32,000 nt of DNA from Oscillospiraceae bacterium. Its GTDB lineage: Bacteria > Bacillota > Clostridia > Oscillospirales > Ruminococcaceae. The notes under the pieces were generated by a model, which worked only from the letters and a program-made list of their open reading frames with translations, was not told where the DNA came from and searched no databases. Below, in pieces: positions 1 through 9,074 of this stretch. The stretch covers positions 25,207 through 57,206 of the forward strand of contig JAEEXH010000007.1 of NCBI GenBank assembly GCA_016291435.1, written 5' to 3'. Both the position numbers and the translations under genes were made by a program. The stretch's first letter is position 1, and each line of letters starts with the position of its first letter.

Positions 1-9
1 CCTGAGAAT

Positions 10-978
10 GTGCGCATTTTCCGCAAGCCGCAGGATAACATCGAACGCCTGCGGGAAGCCTGTCCGAGCGGTCTGCACTTTGTTGTCGGCGACACGCACT
101 GTGCGGCGCAGACACTTTGTGATCTGCTCGAAAAGATCGCATTTGATCCGCAGAAGGATCATGTGTATTTTGTCGGCGATTACAATTCCGGCGGCGATCC
201 GACCCCGCTGCTGCGGGTTCTGGCGATGTTCTATGAACCCGATCTCAGTCTGCCGGGATTTCACCTGATCCGCGGCAATCACGAACGGGAGCTCGGTCCT
301 TCCTATCCGCTTCCGAATCTGCCGGATATGTTCGTGCTGCGCGGCAGGCAGCTGACCTATTACATCACGCACTCGGGCATGGTGACAGACGCCTTCGATG
401 CTGTCAATGCGGACATGGCGGAGTCGCCGGAGCAGCGGCATTTCGCCTATCGGTTCGATGAGGCATGCGTCCGGAGGGAGGGCGGCCCGCTGCGTGAGGT
501 GATCTGGTCACGCGGCGGCCTGTTCCATCAGAATTCGGGCGGCAGACGCTGGCCGACCGAGCAGAACCTGTATGCACACGGTGCGCTCATTCTGCACGGG
601 CATGCACCCTACAGCTATTTCTGCGAGAAAAACGGGTACGGCGAGGAAAATGTGTTTTTTGAAGAGGCACATGTCTGGTTCAGCGAGGCGCTTTTTTCGT
701 TCAATCTCGATTCCGATGTGAAGGGCAGGAACAAAAACGGCGAGACCTATCGCGGGCTCACTGCGCTTTGCCTGGAGGTCTGCGAAGAGATCGCGGCACA
801 GTGTGAGGGGCGGCTGACACGCGAGGGCGTTCTGGCTGCGCAGAATCCTGTTTTCTCTGTCCCGTACCGATGGCAGAGTGAAGCGCTGCCGGGCGGCGAC
901 CTGAACCGCATTCTGGAGGCGGCGCCGGAGCAAAAGACAATCTGGCTCGGGCAGGACAGGTGCATCTATATATATTAA
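10..978 (+). CDS. Calcineurin-like metallophosphoesterase (PPP-type phosphatase fold)
   Basis: 322-aa ORF with GTG at 10. The frame stays open to the window edge, so the true start may lie upstream. The translation shows the ordered metallophosphoesterase motifs VVGDTHC (GDxH), VGDYNSGGD (GDxxDxG-like), IRGNHE (GNHE) and ILHGHAP (HGH). Confidence 0.7.
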   Translation: MRIFRKPQDNIERLREACPSGLHFVVGDTHCAAQTLCDLLEKIAFDPQKDHVYFVGDYNSGGDPTPLLRVLAMFYEPDLSLPGFHLIRGNHERELGPSYPLPNLPDMFVLRGRQLTYYITHSGMVTDAFDAVNADMAESPEQRHFAYRFDEACVRREGGPLREVIWSRGGLFHQNSGGRRWPTEQNLYAHGALILHGHAPYSYFCEKNGYGEENVFFEEAHVWFSEALFSFNLDSDVKGRNKNGETYRGLTALCLEVCEEIAAQCEGRLTREGVLAAQNPVFSVPYRWQSEALPGGDLNRILEAAPEQKTIWLGQDRCIYIY

Positions 979-999
979 CCGATAAAGGAGAATTCCACT

Positions 1000-1695
1000 A
1001 TGTATCAGCCGAAGAAAATCATCGTTGTGACCGGGCATTTCGGCTCCGGCAAGACCAATTTCTCGACCGCACTGGCGCTCAGCCTTGCGAAGACCGGAGC
1101 GCCGGTCACCGTTGTCGATTTCGACCTCGTGAATCCCTATTTCCGCACTGCCGATTTCAAGGAGGCATTCGCAAAGCGCGGCATCACGCTCCGTGCGCCG
1201 GACTATGCGAACACGAATGTTGACATTCCGAGCGTGCAGTTTGACCTCGGCGGTCTCGCGGCGGCGGAGGGCTATCTCATCATCGACGTCGGCGGCGACG
1301 AGGACGGCGCAATCGCACTCGGGCGTTATTCCCATGTGCTGAACAGCTATGCGGAGACGAATGAGCTCGATATGCTCGCGGTTGTCTCCTTCCGCCGCTA
1401 TCTCACCCGCACGGCAGAGGAAACGGTCGCCTATCTGCGGGGCATCGAGCGTGCAAGCCGCATGAAGCTGACGCATATCGTCAACAATACCAATCTCGGC
1501 ATGGAGACGACCGCAGAGATGATCCGTGAGAGCATGCCGCAGTGCGAAGCGCTCTCCGAAGCGATGGGTCTGCCGGTTGCCTGCGTGACAGTGCCGGAAT
1601 TCGTCGAGCCCTTTGAGCTCCCGGGCTATGATGTGATGCAGGTGCCGGTCGCGGTGCGCCTGCCGTGGATGCCGAAATCGGAAGCGGTGCAGTGA
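1000..1695 (+). CDS. P-loop NTPase, ParA/MinD/CooC-like
   Basis: 231-aa ORF with an AAGGAG RBS (aaaggagaattccactATG). It has an N-terminal Walker A (VVTGHFGSGKTN) and a Walker-B-like hydrophobic strand plus acidic residues (YLIIDVGGDED). I cannot assign a finer family by eye. Confidence 0.6.
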   Translation: MYQPKKIIVVTGHFGSGKTNFSTALALSLAKTGAPVTVVDFDLVNPYFRTADFKEAFAKRGITLRAPDYANTNVDIPSVQFDLGGLAAAEGYLIIDVGGDEDGAIALGRYSHVLNSYAETNELDMLAVVSFRRYLTRTAEETVAYLRGIERASRMKLTHIVNNTNLGMETTAEMIRESMPQCEALSEAMGLPVACVTVPEFVEPFELPGYDVMQVPVAVRLPWMPKSEAVQ

Positions 1696-1696
1696 G

Positions 1697-2050
1697 ATGA
1701 AGGGCAAGGCAAAGGACTATGCCCTGCTGCACATTCTGCTGGCGGTCTATTCGTTCGGCGGCGTCTGCGGAAAGCTGGCGGCAGGCTATCCCTTTCTGAG
1801 CATCGGCTTCTGTGTCTGCTACGGCGCAGAGCTGCTGCTGCTCGCGGGATACGCCTTCGGCTGGCAGCAGATCCTCAAGCGACTGCCGCTGACGGCAGCC
1901 TATTCGCAGAAGGGCGTGACGCTTCTCTGGGGGCTTCTCTGGGGCGTGCTGTTCTTCTCTGAGCCTGTGACACCGCAGAAGCTCGCCGGCATTTTGCTGG
2001 TGCTCTGCGGCATTGTGCTTTATGCAAAGGCGGGTGATGAAAATGGATAA
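1697..2050 (+). CDS. Half-size DMT/EamA-like membrane protein (about 4 TM), first of a pair
   Basis: 117 aa and almost entirely hydrophobic helices. The C-terminal segment (PQKLAGILLVLCGIVLY) is typical of EamA/ArnE-ArnF-type small DMT proteins. The start is 1 nt after the stop of the ATPase gene. Confidence 0.55.
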   Translation: MKGKAKDYALLHILLAVYSFGGVCGKLAAGYPFLSIGFCVCYGAELLLLAGYAFGWQQILKRLPLTAAYSQKGVTLLWGLLWGVLFFSEPVTPQKLAGILLVLCGIVLYAKAGDENG

Positions 2051-2390
2051 GCAGGTGATGCTCTACGCGGGCATTGCGCTTGCCGGCGTGTTCATCAGCG
2101 CGGTCTCGCAGGTGATCCTCAAAAAGGCAGCGGGGAAAAAGCGGGAATCCGTGTTCCGCGAATATCTCAATCTGCCTGTGATCCTTGCTTACGGCATGTT
2201 TTTCGGCGCGACGCTGCTCTCGGTCTTTGCGCTCCGCGTGATCCCGGTCTCGATGGGCGGCATTCTCGACAGCGCCGGCTATATTTTTATCACCCTGTTC
2301 GGCGTGTTCATTTTCAAGGAGAAAATCACGCCGAAAAAGGCGGCAGCGCTCCTGCTGATCCTTGCGGGGATCATCGTCTATTCACTTTGA
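2037..2390 (+). CDS. Half-size DMT/EamA-like membrane protein, second of a pair
   Basis: I chose the ATG at 2037 (MKMDKQ), which overlaps the upstream gene by 14 nt. The track start at 2013 is also possible. It has four predicted helices, an ISAVSQVILKKA motif and an EamA-like C-terminal helix (LLLILAGIIVYSL). Confidence 0.55.
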   Translation: MKMDKQVMLYAGIALAGVFISAVSQVILKKAAGKKRESVFREYLNLPVILAYGMFFGATLLSVFALRVIPVSMGGILDSAGYIFITLFGVFIFKEKITPKKAAALLLILAGIIVYSL

Positions 2391-2414
2391 CCGCGCATTT
2401 TTCACGAAAATCTA

Positions 2415-2443
2415 TTGACAGAAAAACAAATTGTTGGTATAAT
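2415..2443 (+). promoter_or_regulatory. Sigma-A type promoter for the GGDEF-EAL gene
   Basis: TTGACA (2415-2420), a 17-nt spacer, then TATAAT (2438-2443) preceded by TGg (extended -10). It lies 66 nt upstream of the ATG at 2509. Confidence 0.65.
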
Positions 2444-2508
2444 AGAGAGTGGCTAACCATATACAGAGAAAAATCGGGGGGTAAGTAAGGACGAAAGGAT
2501 GTGACGGA

Positions 2509-4803
2509 ATGAAGCGTAAGACGATCACCTCGATCGCATTTTCAGTTTTTGTCGCTTTTGCAATCATCACGGCATATATCATGGTGTATGCCTACCATCA
2601 CCGCGAGGTATCCGAGCTGGTATATCTCATCTTCAATTCCTATGCGATCGCGGCTCTGATCCTGGGGCTTGTCTTTGTGCTACACTGGCAGTATTCCAGC
2701 GCAAAGCGCAGAGAACAGGCGCAGCAGTCTCTCCGGCAGCTTGTCGAGAGCCTTGCCTCTCCCGCGATGCTCTGGAACGATGCACTCGACACAGTCATCA
2801 TGAATGACACGCTGCGGGAGCTCTCTGAGCTGACAAAATCCGGCGAGGGAGTTGATGCGAAATATATTGTGCCGTGGCTCTTCGGGCAGAAGCTCCTGAC
2901 GGAAACGCAGATCCGGGAGATCGTCCGTGCGAGAGACCGGGAGTATTCCTTCACAACGAAGAACGGCACAAAGCACGATATGATCTGGAACACCGCCGGC
3001 ATCGAGCAGGATGAGAACGGCGTCACATGGTATCTTTCCATCGGTCTGGATCTTGCGGATATCCGCCGGATGCAGTCGGAGCTGACGGATTATTCCCGCC
3101 GCCTTGCTGCCTCTGAGGGCAGACATATGCTGACGATGGAGCTCACGGATATCGGCATTCTGCTGATCGAGCAGGGCAACCCAAATATGTTCCCCTCTGA
3201 GAAGCTCCGCACGATGCTCGGGCTCAAGGGCGAGACCATTACGCTTCAGGATGTGCGTGCGAAAATCTATCCGCTTGACCTCACGATCTTTGACAACCAT
3301 GTGCAGACCATGCGCCTCCGTATGCGCGACTATCTCACGCAGACCGGCAGGCTTGAGCTGCGCATCGGCTCGGCAGACGGGCAGTACCGCTGGTATTCCT
3401 ACCGCTTCAAGGCGACACAGCGCACCGACACCGGCCGTCTGGTCGTCGGCGGCTCCCTGATCGACATTACACCTGAGAAGGAGAAGGATCAGCGCATCGA
3501 GCGGCTGGCATATGAGGATGAGGTCACGGGCATCCCGAACCGCAACGGACTGATGAAGATGGGACGCGACCTCTATCAATGTACCGTGGAGCTCGGCGCA
3601 GTCTACTGGGTCATTGCGCTGGATATCGACCGCTTCCACCTGATCAACGACACCTGCGGCTATGAAAACGGCAATCAGCTCCTGCGCGGCTTTGCGGAGA
3701 CGCTGAAAAAGCAGCTCAATCTCGGCGGCTTCGGTGCACGCATTTCGGGCGACAATTTTGCGCTGATCCTCCGTGATTCCGGCGATGAGGATCTCCCCGC
3801 AAAGGTCGTCGGGCGCATTCAGCGCAGCCTTGCGACGCTTGCCGTCGGTCCCTTTGCGAACCGTGCGCTGACCTGCTCTGCGGGCTATGCGCGGATGCCT
3901 GCGGACGGCGAGAGCTTTGAGCAGGTGCTGGAGCGTGCGGAGTTTGCACTCTCCTCCGGCAAGGCGATCCTCGGCAGCATCGACCGCTATACATCGGCTA
4001 TGCATGACAGCATCGTCACGGAGAGCGTGCTGGAGAAGGAGCTCACCGACGCTGTGATGAACCGGCAGCTTGAGGTGTATTATCAGCCGAAGGTTTCGCT
4101 CGATACAGGCAGAGTGGTCGGCATGGAAGCGCTGATCCGCTGGCATCATCCGGACGGGCGCCTGATTCCGCCGAGTGTGTTCATCCCGATTGCGGAACGG
4201 TCGGCGCTCATCACGCAGATCACACGCTTTGCGCTCTATGAAGCCTGCCGCCAGACACGGCTCTGGCAGAAGCTCGGGCTCCCGGAGATTGTCATTTCCG
4301 TCAATATGAGCAGCACCGATTTCTATCAGGAAAATGTCTGCGCGATGGTGCAGAGGGCGCTCGAAAAGAACGATTTGCAGCCGCAGTATCTTGAAATTGA
4401 GCTGACGGAGTCGCTGGCGCTCAAGGATATTGACACAACGATCACGCGCATGAAGGAGCTCCGCGAAGCTGGCATCGGCATCGCGATGGACGATTTCGGC
4501 ACCGGCTATTCCTCGCTGAGCTATATTCAGATGCTTCCCTTTACGATGGTCAAGCTCGACAGCTCGTTTATCTTCAATATGGATCAGGATAAGGTGATTG
4601 AGGAGATTGTCAAGTCTGTCATTCACATTGCGAATACAAAGGGCATCGGCACGATCGCAGAGGGCGTCGAGACTGAGGCGCAGGAGAAATTGCTGCGTGC
4701 GTTCGGCTGCGGACAGGTGCAGGGCTTCCATTACGGCAAACCGATGCCGGCGAAGGAAGCAGAAGCCTTTATGCGCGAGAACATGAAGCAGCACGGGGTC
4801 TGA
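2509..4803 (+). CDS. Membrane-anchored PAS / degenerate-GGDEF / EAL protein (probable c-di-GMP phosphodiesterase)
   Basis: 764 aa with two N-terminal TM helices and PAS-like repeats. The GGDEF-domain core reads GIPNRNG...DIDRFHLINDTCGY...RISGDNFALIL, so the signature is SGDNF rather than GG(D/E)EF. The EAL-domain motif set is complete: EALIRW, SVNMS, EIELTES, DDFGTGYSSL, KLD, EGVE and QGFHYGKP. Confidence 0.85.
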   Translation: MKRKTITSIAFSVFVAFAIITAYIMVYAYHHREVSELVYLIFNSYAIAALILGLVFVLHWQYSSAKRREQAQQSLRQLVESLASPAMLWNDALDTVIMNDTLRELSELTKSGEGVDAKYIVPWLFGQKLLTETQIREIVRARDREYSFTTKNGTKHDMIWNTAGIEQDENGVTWYLSIGLDLADIRRMQSELTDYSRRLAASEGRHMLTMELTDIGILLIEQGNPNMFPSEKLRTMLGLKGETITLQDVRAKIYPLDLTIFDNHVQTMRLRMRDYLTQTGRLELRIGSADGQYRWYSYRFKATQRTDTGRLVVGGSLIDITPEKEKDQRIERLAYEDEVTGIPNRNGLMKMGRDLYQCTVELGAVYWVIALDIDRFHLINDTCGYENGNQLLRGFAETLKKQLNLGGFGARISGDNFALILRDSGDEDLPAKVVGRIQRSLATLAVGPFANRALTCSAGYARMPADGESFEQVLERAEFALSSGKAILGSIDRYTSAMHDSIVTESVLEKELTDAVMNRQLEVYYQPKVSLDTGRVVGMEALIRWHHPDGRLIPPSVFIPIAERSALITQITRFALYEACRQTRLWQKLGLPEIVISVNMSSTDFYQENVCAMVQRALEKNDLQPQYLEIELTESLALKDIDTTITRMKELREAGIGIAMDDFGTGYSSLSYIQMLPFTMVKLDSSFIFNMDQDKVIEEIVKSVIHIANTKGIGTIAEGVETEAQEKLLRAFGCGQVQGFHYGKPMPAKEAEAFMRENMKQHGV

Positions 4804-4867
4804 ACATAATCCTGTAAAACAGGGGTATTTACCCAAAGTCAACGAATACAGAAAGGAAAGAAAACAC

Positions 4868-5950
4868 ATGAAAAAAAGAATTGGTATTTTAACATCCGGC
4901 GGCGACTGCCCCGGCCTGAACGCGACCATCCGCGGCGTTGCAAAGGCATGCTTTGAACTGATGGGCGAGGACAATGTCGAGATCATCGGCATCTCCAACG
5001 GCTACTACGGCCTCATCCATAACCTCTGCAAGCCGATGGCACCCGCCGATTTCTCCGGCATCCTCACACAGGGCGGCACCATCCTCGGCACCAAGCGGCA
5101 GCCGTTCAAGATGATGACCGTCATCGGCGACGACAACGTCGATAAAGTGAAGAATATGCGCGAGACCTACCAGAAGCAGAAGCTCGACTGCCTGCTCACG
5201 CTCGGCGGCAACGGCACCCACAAGACCTCCTATCTGCTCCAGCAGGAGGGGCTCAATGTCATCGGTCTGCCGAAGACCATCGACAATGATATCTACGGCA
5301 CCGATGTCACCTTCGGCTTCCATACCGCCGTCGATACCGCAACGGATGCCATCGACCGCCTGCACACGACCGCTGCCTCTCACAGCCGTATTCTCGTCTG
5401 CGAGATCATGGGCAACAAGGCGGGCTGGCTTACACTCAATGCGGGCATCGCGGGCGGCGCGGATATCATCCTGATCCCTGAGATCCCCTACGACATCGAC
5501 AAGGTCTGCGAGGCTGTCATGAAGCGCGCCGCAAACGGCAAGACCTTCTCGATCCTTGCGGTCGCAGAGGGCGCCTTCGACAAGGACGAGGCGAAGATGA
5601 AGAAGAAGGAGCGCGCAAAGAAGCGCGAGGAAGCCGGCATCCTGACCGCGACCTCCCGCATTGCCGCGCAGATTCAGGCGGGCACCGGCATCGACACGCG
5701 TGTCTGCGTGCCGGGTCATATGCTCCGCGGCGGCTCCCCGAGCGCCTATGACCGCATCCTCGCGACAAAGTTCGGCGTGCATGCGGCAAAGCTCATTGAG
5801 AGCGAAAAATACGGCAGAACGGTCGCAATGGTCGCAGGAAAGGTCACATCGAACAAGCTCGAGGACATTGCCGGTCTGACGAAGTTTGTCAGCCCGAAGG
5901 ATCAGCTTGTCGTGACCGCAAAGCGCATCGGCGTGTCGTTCGGCGACTGA
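4868..5950 (+). CDS. pfkA: 6-phosphofructokinase
   Basis: 360 aa with RBS gaaaggaaag. PFK motifs are present: GILTSGGDCPGLN, TLGGNGT, GLPKTIDNDI, EIMGNKAGWL and PGHMLRGG. Confidence 0.85.
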   Translation: MKKRIGILTSGGDCPGLNATIRGVAKACFELMGEDNVEIIGISNGYYGLIHNLCKPMAPADFSGILTQGGTILGTKRQPFKMMTVIGDDNVDKVKNMRETYQKQKLDCLLTLGGNGTHKTSYLLQQEGLNVIGLPKTIDNDIYGTDVTFGFHTAVDTATDAIDRLHTTAASHSRILVCEIMGNKAGWLTLNAGIAGGADIILIPEIPYDIDKVCEAVMKRAANGKTFSILAVAEGAFDKDEAKMKKKERAKKREEAGILTATSRIAAQIQAGTGIDTRVCVPGHMLRGGSPSAYDRILATKFGVHAAKLIESEKYGRTVAMVAGKVTSNKLEDIAGLTKFVSPKDQLVVTAKRIGVSFGD

Positions 5951-5971
5951 TGCAGGAGATACGGAAGCTGC

Positions 5972-7084
5972 ATGAACGATAGAATCAACGAAAGCAGGAC
6001 CGCGGAAATTGCGGAGATTGTACGGGAGGGCGGCGCGGATGCTGTGCTCCTCACAAGCGAGGTCTCGCTCATTTACGCGGCAGGCGTCACGGCGATGGAG
6101 GGCGCATGCGTCATCACCGCGGACGGCACGGCGTATTTCATCACCGACGGACGCTATATCGAGGTCGCAGAGCAGCGGATCGCACCGCAGGGCTTTACGG
6201 TCATCTGCCGCAGGAATGCAGAGGCGCTTTCTGCCTTCCTGACGCAGATCTTCGAGGAACACGCCGTCCGCAGGCTCCTCTATGAGGACGCCTATCTGAC
6301 CGTGCAGGAATTTGCAGGCCTGCGCGACAATCTCGGCACTGTCAAGGAATTCCTGCCCGCGAGCCGTCAGCTTGCGGCGCTGCGTGCCTGCAAGTCTCAG
6401 CGCGAGATCGGCTGCATCATCCGCGCACAGCGCATCGCAGAGCAGGCGCTTTCCCGTCTGCTGCCGGAGCTTTACACCGGCATCACCGAGCGCGAGGCGG
6501 CAGCGCGGCTCAATTATTACATGGCACTCGGCGGCAGCGAAAAGCCGTCGTTCGACACGATCATGCTGTTCGGCGAAAACACGAGCAAGCCGCACGGCAC
6601 GCCCTCCGACCGCGCACTGCGTCCGGGTGATTTCATCACGATGGATTTCGGCGCGGTGTATGAGGGCTATCATTCCGACATGACGCGCACGGTCGCCTAC
6701 GGCAGCGCGACCGACAAAATGCGTGAGGTCTATGAGACCGTGCTGCGGGCACAGTCTGCTGCGGCGACGGTCGCGCAGGCAGGGCTCCGCTGCTGCGATA
6801 TGCACAATGCCGCGATGAATGTGATTGAGCGTGCAGGATACGGACAGTATTTCACGCATGCGCTCGGGCACACCGTCGGGCTGGAGATCCATGAATACCC
6901 GATCGCGGCGCCGCGCTGCGAGGTGCTCCTCAGAGACGGCATGGTCATGACGGACGAGCCGGGCATCTATATCGCAGGGGAATTCGGCGTGCGGATCGAG
7001 GACATGCTTGTGATCTGCGGCGGGACACCGCAGAATCTGACGGAGGCACCGAAGGAATTTACGGTCTTGCCGGAACGGAGGTAA
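5972..7084 (+). CDS. M24B family Xaa-Pro aminopeptidase/dipeptidase
   Basis: 370 aa with a creatinase-like N-domain. The pita-bread metal-ligand pattern is present: DFGAVYEGYHSDMTRT, HALGHTVGLEIHE, EPGIY and VRIEDM. Confidence 0.85.
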   Translation: MNDRINESRTAEIAEIVREGGADAVLLTSEVSLIYAAGVTAMEGACVITADGTAYFITDGRYIEVAEQRIAPQGFTVICRRNAEALSAFLTQIFEEHAVRRLLYEDAYLTVQEFAGLRDNLGTVKEFLPASRQLAALRACKSQREIGCIIRAQRIAEQALSRLLPELYTGITEREAAARLNYYMALGGSEKPSFDTIMLFGENTSKPHGTPSDRALRPGDFITMDFGAVYEGYHSDMTRTVAYGSATDKMREVYETVLRAQSAAATVAQAGLRCCDMHNAAMNVIERAGYGQYFTHALGHTVGLEIHEYPIAAPRCEVLLRDGMVMTDEPGIYIAGEFGVRIEDMLVICGGTPQNLTEAPKEFTVLPERR

Positions 7085-7599
7085 TGCGGATGCATTCTTT
7101 TGCGGGATTTGTGATCGTACTCTTTAGCGCTCTGTATGTGTTTGCGTTTGTCTACTTGCAGTATACAAAGAAGAAAATGCTTGCGCACGGTGATTTTGTC
7201 AAGCGGACGCAGGATTTTGCCGATTATGCGGAGATCTTCATGGTCGCAGATCCGACCGCCACGCTGCGCGGCATTGCGCTGGAGCTGAAGGAAGCTGCGG
7301 AGAACGGTGCGTTTTTCCGTCAGAACATTTCCTTCGGCATAAAGAACAATATCCTGCTTGTGAGAAACCCGAACTGGACGGCACAGTTTTTCCAGGTTGA
7401 GCCGCCTGCCGAGCGTCCGGATGTGACGATGTTTGTGTTCACTTTCACTTCATTCACAACTTCTTACGGCACTCCGAAGGGGGCGGTATCCATGAACCGT
7501 TTTCTGACGGCACTGGAAAAGGCACTTCTCCGCCGTGACCCGAACGCGCTGGTGCGTTGTTCCCTTGAGGAGATGGAAGAACAAAGGAGAAGCATATGA
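7084..7599 (+). CDS. Cassette 1, gene A: single-pass membrane protein with an unassigned roughly 130-aa domain
   Basis: 171 aa. Its ATG shares one nucleotide with the TAA stop of the peptidase gene. One N-terminal TM helix (FAGFVIVLFSALYVFAFVYL). It is a clear paralog of 8296..8802, with shared blocks DYAEIF, W-TA, (E/A)RP(D/E)V, GTP and MNRFLT-(L/I)EK-L-R-DP-LVR. Confidence 0.7.
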   Translation: MRMHSFAGFVIVLFSALYVFAFVYLQYTKKKMLAHGDFVKRTQDFADYAEIFMVADPTATLRGIALELKEAAENGAFFRQNISFGIKNNILLVRNPNWTAQFFQVEPPAERPDVTMFVFTFTSFTTSYGTPKGAVSMNRFLTALEKALLRRDPNALVRCSLEEMEEQRRSI

Positions 7600-7835
7600 A
7601 CGAAACGATGATTGTACCGATTGCGCTGTTTGCCGGTGGGCTGGCGGCAGCATGGATTGTTTACCGGCTGCTTGACCGTGCGGAATCTTCCATCCGGACC
7701 GGGCATAACAAAAAGCGGGCTGAGCGTTATGTCAGAAAGCAGCAGCAACAGGCTGTGAATGCGTTATGTCCGCGCTGCGGCAAGCCGATGACAGTCGAAG
7801 AAGAGTTTTGTCAGCACTGCGGCACGCATCGCTGA
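7596..7835 (+). CDS. Cassette 1, gene B: small TM protein with C-terminal zinc ribbon
   Basis: 79 aa with an ATGA start/stop overlap onto gene A. It has an N-terminal TM helix, a Lys/Arg-rich linker and the zinc ribbon CPRCG-x10-CQHCG. It is a paralog of 8823..9074 (shared CPxCGKP...E(F/Y)CxxCGT). Confidence 0.7.
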   Translation: MNETMIVPIALFAGGLAAAWIVYRLLDRAESSIRTGHNKKRAERYVRKQQQQAVNALCPRCGKPMTVEEEFCQHCGTHR

Positions 7836-7855
7836 CGGTTTGAAAGGGTGCAGGA

Positions 7856-8266
7856 ATGAGTATGTGTTTTGCAGATTTCACGGGGGCAGATCTGATCCTT
7901 CTGATTATCAGCGTTGTGTTCATAGCCGTTATTCTGCTGGTGCACAGTGTGCTCGACAGACTGATCTCGGCATTGCTCGAAAAGATGGGGCTGGAGATCA
8001 GCCGTACCTCTGCCATTCCGAATTCGCCGCAGTTTGTTCGTCTCTCAACGCATTTCAAGGATGCTGAGCATGGACTCCGCTGCATCTGGTTCAAGCCAAT
8101 CGGCTACGGACTCGGAGCGGAAAAGCGCGTTGCGGAGATTCAGGCAAAGCGGGCAGCTGAAAAAGCAAAGAAGCCGCAGGGCGATGCGCCGGCATTTTGC
8201 CCGAGCTGCGGCGGCAGCATTTCCCCGGAGGATCATTTCTGCAAATCCTGCGGGACAAGGCTTTGA
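7856..8266 (+). CDS. Cassette 1, gene C: TM protein with C-terminal zinc ribbon
   Basis: 136 aa. It has an N-terminal TM helix, then LDRL and FxRLxxHF blocks, a charged AEKxxAE-type linker and the zinc ribbon CPSCG-x10-CKSCG. It is a paralog of 9071..9619. Confidence 0.7.
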   Translation: MSMCFADFTGADLILLIISVVFIAVILLVHSVLDRLISALLEKMGLEISRTSAIPNSPQFVRLSTHFKDAEHGLRCIWFKPIGYGLGAEKRVAEIQAKRAAEKAKKPQGDAPAFCPSCGGSISPEDHFCKSCGTRL

Positions 8267-8295
8267 ATACATTCACATAGAAAGGGTGGATTTGT

Positions 8296-8802
8296 GTGAA
8301 ACCGTGGGCTGTTGTTTTATTTATTGTGCTCGGCATCGCCTTCGTGTTCATTGCCGTCTGGTACAGCAAATACAAGCGGCGGGCACGCGCAGTCGGACTG
8401 CTTGTGAACCGCAAGGGCGGCTTCTATGATTACGCGGAGATCTTTCTGCTCCGCAAGGTGTCGATCAATGACGTCTGGGAGAGCCTGAATCAGCTGATCA
8501 AGGCAAATGCGGTCCGCGACTGCATGAAGACCGCGGAGCTCAAGGGCTATCAGATCACTGTGAAGCATGAAAATATGGGGTATACATGGACGGCGTTCAT
8601 CCAGGAGATGGAGGAGCCGAAGGCGCGCCCGGAGGTCTCTGTGTTCCGTGTGATGTTCCCGCAGTATTTCGTCAAGAACGGCACGCCGGATACGGCTACG
8701 ATGAACCGCTTTCTGACGGAAATCGAAAAGCTGTTCCTGCGCCTTGACCCGGATACCCTTGTGCGTTCGCAGCGCCCGAACGACACATTGACCGAGAACT
8801 GA
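8296..8802 (+). CDS. Cassette 2, gene A': paralog of 7084..7599
   Basis: 168 aa with a GTG start and RBS aaagggtgga 6 nt upstream. It has one N-terminal TM helix. By eye, the C-terminal roughly 60 aa are about half identical to gene A. Confidence 0.7.
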   Translation: MKPWAVVLFIVLGIAFVFIAVWYSKYKRRARAVGLLVNRKGGFYDYAEIFLLRKVSINDVWESLNQLIKANAVRDCMKTAELKGYQITVKHENMGYTWTAFIQEMEEPKARPEVSVFRVMFPQYFVKNGTPDTATMNRFLTEIEKLFLRLDPDTLVRSQRPNDTLTEN

Positions 8803-8822
8803 TCGAACGGAGGCAGCGTGTT

Positions 8823-9074
8823 ATGAAAGAAGCATTGTTTTTGATCATCCTGTTTGTGATCGCTTACTTTGTGATGAAGTTTGTACGCAAAACAGGTGCC
8901 AAAGGGGAAAATGCGGTCCGCAGAAAGCTTGAACGCAGCAGACGGCAGCGGGAAGCGGAGAATCAGCTCCCCTATGCGTGGAACTGTCCGCTGTGCGGAA
9001 AGCCGCAGACAACCGCTGCGGAATATTGCCGGAGCTGCGGAACGAAGCGGAGTGAAACGGGGGTGCAGCAATGA
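8823..9074 (+). CDS. Cassette 2, gene B': small TM protein with C-terminal zinc ribbon
   Basis: 83 aa with an N-terminal TM helix, a basic linker and the zinc ribbon CPLCG-x10-CRSCG. Confidence 0.7.
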   Translation: MKEALFLIILFVIAYFVMKFVRKTGAKGENAVRRKLERSRRQREAENQLPYAWNCPLCGKPQTTAAEYCRSCGTKRSETGVQQ

